Positions 59,563 through 64,000 of a stretch of 64,000 nucleotides of DNA are shown piece by piece (the stretch's first letter is position 1; every line of letters begins with the position of its first letter). Under the pieces are notes generated by a model. It had not been told where the DNA came from and ran no database searches. It saw nothing but the letters and a program-made list of their open reading frames with translations. The position numbers were made by a program, and so were the translations under genes. The stretch is from Candidatus Woesebacteria bacterium (GTDB lineage Bacteria > Patescibacteriota > Microgenomatia > UBA8517). The stretch covers positions 273,771-337,770 of the forward strand of contig CP066686.1 of assembly GCA_016432365.1 (NCBI GenBank). The letters run 5' to 3'.

Positions 59563-59781
59563 AAAAAATCCCGCATGTGCGGGATTTTTGTACTCTAGAG
59601 AGTAGTAAGCCATTTTCGCTACGCTCAAATGTCTTGGCTTCTCTCTAGTGCACGATACGAAAAACCCCTCCTTATGGAGGGGTAAATCGTACTCTAGAGA
59701 GTAGTAAGCAAATCTTGCTACTCGTTATCCATAAAAAATCCCACGAAAGTGGGATTTTATATACTCTAGAGAGTAGTAAGC
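59563..59781 (-). repeat. three tandem modules of (rnpB 3'-terminal 21-mer GCTTACTACTCTCTAGAGTAC plus intrinsic-terminator hairpin)
   Basis: The antisense 20-mer TACTCTAGAGAGTAGTAAGC occurs identically at 59591-59610, 59690-59709 and 59762-59781. Each copy is flanked by a hairpin of different sequence that conserves the stem (ATCCCGCA/TGCGGGAT; CCCCTCC/GGAGGGG; ATCCCAC/GTGGGAT) next to a T-run. Confidence 0.7.
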
Positions 59782-60115
59782 CAGGTTCTGTTAGGCCCTG
59801 AACAAATTTCAGGGTTTGACGATCATCCATCTAACGCCCTCGAACTTCGGAACGTGGCTCGATTACTCGAGCCGTTGGTAAAGCTCCTGTAACGTTCCTT
59901 TCGGAGGTTGCAGCGGGGAGGATTGCCTCTTTTCACTCGTTTTTCCCTACCTTTAGGGTAAGAAAATCGACATAGTCTCTGTGGCTCTAACTGGCTACAT
60001 TCCTTGCGGAACATATCCCAGGCTTACGCCTGGCACCCTGCTTTTCTGCTGCCTGGACTTTCCTCCCCTCATAGCCTTGCGGCGACGTGGGGCGATCATC
60101 CTTTCTCTAGAGTGA
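59762..60115 (-). ncRNA. rnpB: RNase P RNA (bacterial type A)
   Basis: The reverse complement carries GAGGGGAGGAAAGUCCAGGC (P4 5' strand, CR-I) and AGCAGGGUGCCAGGCGUAAGCCUGGG (the P10-P12 region). It also has AGGUAGGG.AAAA.GAGUGAAAAG (CR-II-like) and a P18 hairpin followed by ACAGAACCUGGCUUAC (CR-V, P4 3' strand). P1 pairs ACUCUAGAGA with UCUCUAGAGU. Confidence 0.8.
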
Positions 60116-60124
60116 AACTAGTAT

Positions 60125-60153
60125 AGCAGAATAACCCCAAAGAATCAATGGTA
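60125..60153 (-). promoter_or_regulatory. promoter TTGATT-17-TATACT (minus strand) for rnpB, overlapping the pyrH 3' end
   Basis: Reverse complement read directly. The -10 box lies about 7 nt before the P1 5' strand. Confidence 0.4.
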
Positions 60154-60178
60154 TTATAGGCTATTCTACTATAACCAT

Positions 60179-60895
60179 CTAGGAAACTAAAGTTCCCGTT
60201 TTTTCTCCCTGAAGAATTTTGTCGAGATTTTTCAATTCTTTAATATTGAAGACTATTATTGGCATGTTATGTTTTTGGCATAATGCAAAAGCTGTCGCGT
60301 CCATCACCTTTAGATTTTTCTCTATTGCCTCTTGGTATGTTAATTTATCGTAAAATGTTGCGTTTGGATTAATTTTTGGATCTTCCGAATATACTCCGTC
60401 GACATTTGTGGCCTTTAAAATTACGTTGCAGTGCATTTCTATTGCACGTAGGGCAGCCCCACTGTCTGTGGTGAAGAATGGATTTCCGGTTCCGGCCGTG
60501 AATATCACAATTCTCCCCTTGTCGATGTGTCTCATGGCACGCCTTCTAATATATGGTTCGGCCACCGACTTGATCTCAAAGGCTGTCATCATTCTGGTTG
60601 GTGCACCGGTTCGCTCCAATGCGTCCTGAAGAGCAATACCGTTTATTATTGTTCCCAACATCCCAATATAGTCCGCGGCAGCTTCATCCACATTTGTCGA
60701 CCTTTCTCTGCCTCTGAAAATATTTCCGCCACCTACAACTATTGTCAGTTCAACACCGGTCTTTTTCCAAATGTCACATATTTGTAGAGCTATCCTTTCG
60801 AAGTTTTCAAAGCCAATCCCTTTTCCGTCTTTTTCACCAAACAATTCTCCGGAAAGTTTCAGAAGCACTCTTTTGTATTTGAGTTTTTTCTTCAA
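60179..60895 (-). CDS. pyrH: UMP kinase
   Basis: Amino-acid kinase fold (KLSGE..., VVGGGN, TAGTGNPFF). Confidence 0.9.
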   Translation of the reverse strand: MKKKLKYKRVLLKLSGELFGEKDGKGIGFENFERIALQICDIWKKTGVELTIVVGGGNIFRGRERSTNVDEAAADYIGMLGTIINGIALQDALERTGAPTRMMTAFEIKSVAEPYIRRRAMRHIDKGRIVIFTAGTGNPFFTTDSGAALRAIEMHCNVILKATNVDGVYSEDPKINPNATFYDKLTYQEAIEKNLKVMDATAFALCQKHNMPIIVFNIKELKNLDKILQGEKTGTLVS

Positions 60896-60950
60896 ATGCC
60901 TAAGTGTATTGTATCACTGAGTTCTGATATATTGATACTAATACACCACA

Positions 60951-62480
60951 ATGCTTGCCAAAATTACTTCCGGCGCAACCGTAGGTCTTACCGCTACACT
61001 AGTTGATGTTGAGGTTGACGTTGCGGAACAAGGGCTTCCAAGTTTTACTATTGTTGGTCTGCCGGATAAAGCTGTTGAGGAATCCAAAGAAAGAGTAAGG
61101 AGCGCGATAAAAAATTCAGGTGCAGATTTTCCTATAAATAGAATTACGGTAAATTTGGCTCCTGCAGACTTGCCAAAAGCCGGACCTGCATATGATCTCC
61201 CAATTGCGCTTGGAATTTTAGTTGCCTCAGGCCAAATTGCCCCTGAAATTGACGATGCATTATTTTTTGGTGAACTGTCTCTTGATGGAAGCCTGCGTCA
61301 TACAAACGGAATTTTACCTATGACGTATTTGGCCAGAATTAAAGAAATGAAGCGTGTTTTTGTTCCAAAAGTAAATGAAACTGAGGCGGCGGTTGTGCCG
61401 GGAGTTGAAGTTTATGCAATTGATTCACTTTTGACATTGGTACGTTACTTTCATAAGACAGTTGAAATCGATCCAGCACCAAAAATTAGTCTTAAAAAAC
61501 TTCTGGTCGTAAGAGAGGCGGAATTTGATTTTTCCGAAGTTGTAGGACAAGAACAAGCCAAAAGAGCGATGGAAATAGCGGCTGCAGGAAATCACAATTT
61601 ATTTATGAAAGGTACACCGGGATCAGGTAAAACAATGCTGGCACGCGCCTTACCCGGGATTTTGCCAACCCTAACGGAAGACGAAGCTTTGGAAGTAACA
61701 AAAATTTATTCTATAACCGGAAATCTTCCCGAAGGTGAATCGATAATTACAAAACGTCCTTTTAGAAGTCCGCACCACACTACAAGCCGGATTGGTTTAA
61801 TCGGAGGGGGGACAAATCCCATGCCAGGAGAGATTTCTTTGGCCCACCGTGGAGTTTTATTTTTGGACGAATTTCCCGAATTTCCCAGAAACGTTTTGGA
61901 GTCGCTCCGACAACCAATGGAAGATTCAGTTGTGTCAATCTCTAGGGCCAAGGGAAGCGTAACTTATCCTGCCAATTTTCTTCTGGTTGCCGCCAGTAAT
62001 CCCTGCCCATGTGGATATTTTGGCGACACTAAGCGCGCGTGTACTTGTTTGCCGGGGAACATCTCACGCTATCAACACAGAATTTCCGGCCCGATTTTAG
62101 ATAGAATTGATATTCACATAGATGTTCCGTCGGTAGAAACACAAAAGCTAATATCGAAAAGTGAAAAAGGAAAAGCTGAGTGTTCAAAAGAGATACAAAA
62201 ACGGGTACAAAAAGCACGCGATATGCAGTTGAAACGCTTTGAAGGAACCAAATTAAAATCCAATTCAGAGATGAGTACGCGCAATGTTAAAGAATTTTGT
62301 GATTTATCGGAAGATTGTCGTGTAATTCTCACCAGTGCTGTTGCAACAATGGACCTCTCCGCCCGCAGTTATTTCAAAGTTATCAAAATTGCTAGGACTA
62401 TAGCTGACCTGGCAGGGAAAAAAGAGATCTCCTCAACCCACATAGCAGAAGCGCTTCAATACAGACCAAAAACTGAATAA
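60951..62480 (+). CDS. comM: YifB/ComM family Mg-chelatase-like AAA+ ATPase
   Basis: N-terminal ChlI-like domain, Walker A GTPGSGKT, C-terminal Mg-chelatase ChlI motifs. Confidence 0.85.
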   Translation: MLAKITSGATVGLTATLVDVEVDVAEQGLPSFTIVGLPDKAVEESKERVRSAIKNSGADFPINRITVNLAPADLPKAGPAYDLPIALGILVASGQIAPEIDDALFFGELSLDGSLRHTNGILPMTYLARIKEMKRVFVPKVNETEAAVVPGVEVYAIDSLLTLVRYFHKTVEIDPAPKISLKKLLVVREAEFDFSEVVGQEQAKRAMEIAAAGNHNLFMKGTPGSGKTMLARALPGILPTLTEDEALEVTKIYSITGNLPEGESIITKRPFRSPHHTTSRIGLIGGGTNPMPGEISLAHRGVLFLDEFPEFPRNVLESLRQPMEDSVVSISRAKGSVTYPANFLLVAASNPCPCGYFGDTKRACTCLPGNISRYQHRISGPILDRIDIHIDVPSVETQKLISKSEKGKAECSKEIQKRVQKARDMQLKRFEGTKLKSNSEMSTRNVKEFCDLSEDCRVILTSAVATMDLSARSYFKVIKIARTIADLAGKKEISSTHIAEALQYRPKTE

Positions 62481-62524
62481 ATAATGTTGACTTTTACAAT
62501 CTCCACGAATAGACTGCAAACTAT

Positions 62525-63136
62525 ATGACTTCTGAAATAGAAATTCCTCAATGGATGTCAAGAACAAGTAGAGCGTTGACGGGCAGAGAACACAGAGCGA
62601 TCTTTTCAAGAGATCGAAAAGCAGGAGTGGAAGTGAAAAAAGAAACACTTATTAAAACATTGGATAGATGTTTGTATTATTGGAATTTTTTAAAAATTGA
62701 TAATGCTTTGGAGGGTGTTGCAAAAGCGTTTGATCTGAGGATTGCTTATAAACTTGTAAGAGGTTACAACGCAAGTATCCCTGTAGAAAAACATGATACC
62801 GCAGAAGCACTTGGCAAAAAAATATTGTCTGCTGTTAGTTTAAAAGATGAAGATGTTAGAACGATTGTTAATACGGGTATAGAAACAAGACTTGTTTCCG
62901 AGGACGATTCTCAGAGGTTCACAGAATTTAGCTTAGCCCTATATAACGATTCAATCTTTGTAGGTTCTACACAACCCGAGCCGAGTAAAAACGACACCAG
63001 TTATTTGGTTAGTGTTACCCAGGATTTAGGAAATCCAGTCAATATTAAGAGTTCGGAGGTTTTCAGATATGGACTGGATGGATATTTGGCGGACCTTGTA
63101 GCAAACTATCCGACCTTTTTTCCAAAGAAAAGTTAA
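62525..63136 (+). CDS. hypothetical protein (203 aa)
   Basis: ORF with promoter TTGACT-17-TAGACT 8 nt upstream. Confidence 0.5.
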   Translation: MTSEIEIPQWMSRTSRALTGREHRAIFSRDRKAGVEVKKETLIKTLDRCLYYWNFLKIDNALEGVAKAFDLRIAYKLVRGYNASIPVEKHDTAEALGKKILSAVSLKDEDVRTIVNTGIETRLVSEDDSQRFTEFSLALYNDSIFVGSTQPEPSKNDTSYLVSVTQDLGNPVNIKSSEVFRYGLDGYLADLVANYPTFFPKKS

Positions 63137-63218
63137 CAGACTTCAATATAGTTCCCACTTTCGCAGGGACGACACCGTTATGTTTAACTAAACTGCGAAA
63201 CTCGTGTAAAATATCAAT

Positions 63219-63662
63219 ATGAAATTAGTAGTTCAAAGAGTTAAAAAAGCTAAGGTTGTTCGCGTGTCTGATAAAAAAACAGTTGGGGAGATTGGATTAG
63301 GTTTATTTGTACTTGTGGGCTTTAAAAAAGGGGATACAAACGAAGCTGTTAAACTGCTGGCCGATAAACTGTCAAAATTAAGAGTAATGAGCGACGATCA
63401 AGAGAAAATGAATAAATCGATAAACGAAGTCGGAGGCAAGATTCTGGTTGTTTCCCAATTTACGCTATATGCCGACACCAAAGGTGGAAACAGGCCGTCA
63501 TTTATCAATGCCGAAGAGCCAGAGAAGGCCAAAAAATTATATGAATACCTCATTTCAAAATTGCGCGAACTTAGTGTCGATGTAGAGACCGGGAGTTTTG
63601 GGGATTACATGCAAATAGAAGCACTGTTAGACGGACCTGTGACTATTCTGTTTTCAGAATAA
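63219..63662 (+). CDS. dtd: D-aminoacyl-tRNA deacylase
   Basis: VVQRV N-terminus and conserved SQFTL motif. Confidence 0.85.
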   Translation: MKLVVQRVKKAKVVRVSDKKTVGEIGLGLFVLVGFKKGDTNEAVKLLADKLSKLRVMSDDQEKMNKSINEVGGKILVVSQFTLYADTKGGNRPSFINAEEPEKAKKLYEYLISKLRELSVDVETGSFGDYMQIEALLDGPVTILFSE

Positions 63663-63698
63663 GAATCCTGAGCGTAGTCGAATGGATGACTATTCTAT

Positions 63699-64000
63699 AT
63701 GACTAAAGCAGCGTTAATCATCGCCAAAGTTTTTAGCAATATTGTTTTGGTTTTTACATTCCTTGTTGTTATGCTAACCGTATTTTTGACCGGTTATGCT
63801 CAAGGATATGGCTATGGTTGGAATGGTGCAGTTGAAGAGTATCAAAAATTATTGTCGGACAAAGTTTCCTCGACCTCCAAGCCATCAGCAACAACCTCTC
63901 CGGTTCATCGAACTCAACCAGCTCCTATTGCCTGGGGTGGCCCCCAACTTTGGGACGCAGTTAATAAAAGCAGAGTCGAACACGGTGTTAACCCTCTAAA
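63699..64000 (+). CDS. partial hypothetical membrane-anchored protein (runs off the 3' end of the window)
   Basis: ATG at 63699, TM helix, then a hydrophilic domain (possibly CAP/YkwD-like) open to the end of the window. Not in the ORF track because no stop lies in the window. Confidence 0.4.
   Translation, partial: MTKAALIIAKVFSNIVLVFTFLVVMLTVFLTGYAQGYGYGWNGAVEEYQKLLSDKVSSTSKPSATTSPVHRTQPAPIAWGGPQLWDAVNKSRVEHGVNPL

Noticed and set aside
59563-59790. Possible short CRISPR-like array (identical 20-21-nt repeats separated by 50-80-nt unique spacers)
   Set aside because: The repeat is the antisense of the RNase P RNA 3' terminus and each copy is coupled to a terminator hairpin. There are no cas genes and only 3 copies with unequal spacing. 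Interpreted as a duplicated rnpB 3'-end/terminator module.

Overview
Low-GC (about 40%) bacterial window dominated by housekeeping genes: rpoB-rpoC, the str operon (rpsL-rpsG-fusA-tuf) and the S10-spc-alpha ribosomal superoperon running through secY-adk-map-infA-rpmJ-rpsMKD-rpoA-rplQ-rplM-rpsI. Also present are rnj, ftsK, alaS, a sortase, ruvX, mltG, recA-recX, rny, hup, an ABC-2 transporter, miaA, pyrH, comM and dtd. Three features suggest a CPR-like reduced genome: rpmD (L30) is absent between rpsE and rplO, AlaRS is truncated, and Shine-Dalgarno sequences are almost absent, with promoter -10 boxes sitting 6-10 nt before many start codons (leaderless architecture).

Four discrete GC-rich (about 48-52%) genes with canonical GGAGG ribosome-binding sites interrupt this background. 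They are a cold-shock-domain fusion protein, an autonomous promoter-ORF-terminator mini-gene between rpsJ and rplC, an opposite-strand internally duplicated protein between rplO and secY, and a small minus-strand ORF after recX.

Three RNA features are missing from the ORF track. An RNase P RNA lies on the minus strand and is followed by three tandem copies of its 3' terminal 21-mer plus terminator hairpins. A tRNA-Pro(GGG) sits inside the predicted 5' end of an ORF. A heavily structured 250-nt GC-rich region lies upstream of the rpoB promoter. Recurrent short sequence families were also seen: CTAG-rich spacers, AAAAGTCAAAA units in both coding tails and intergenic palindromes, and a roughly 60-nt element shared upstream of the cold-shock and hup genes. 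Every call rests on by-eye motif recognition without database searches.
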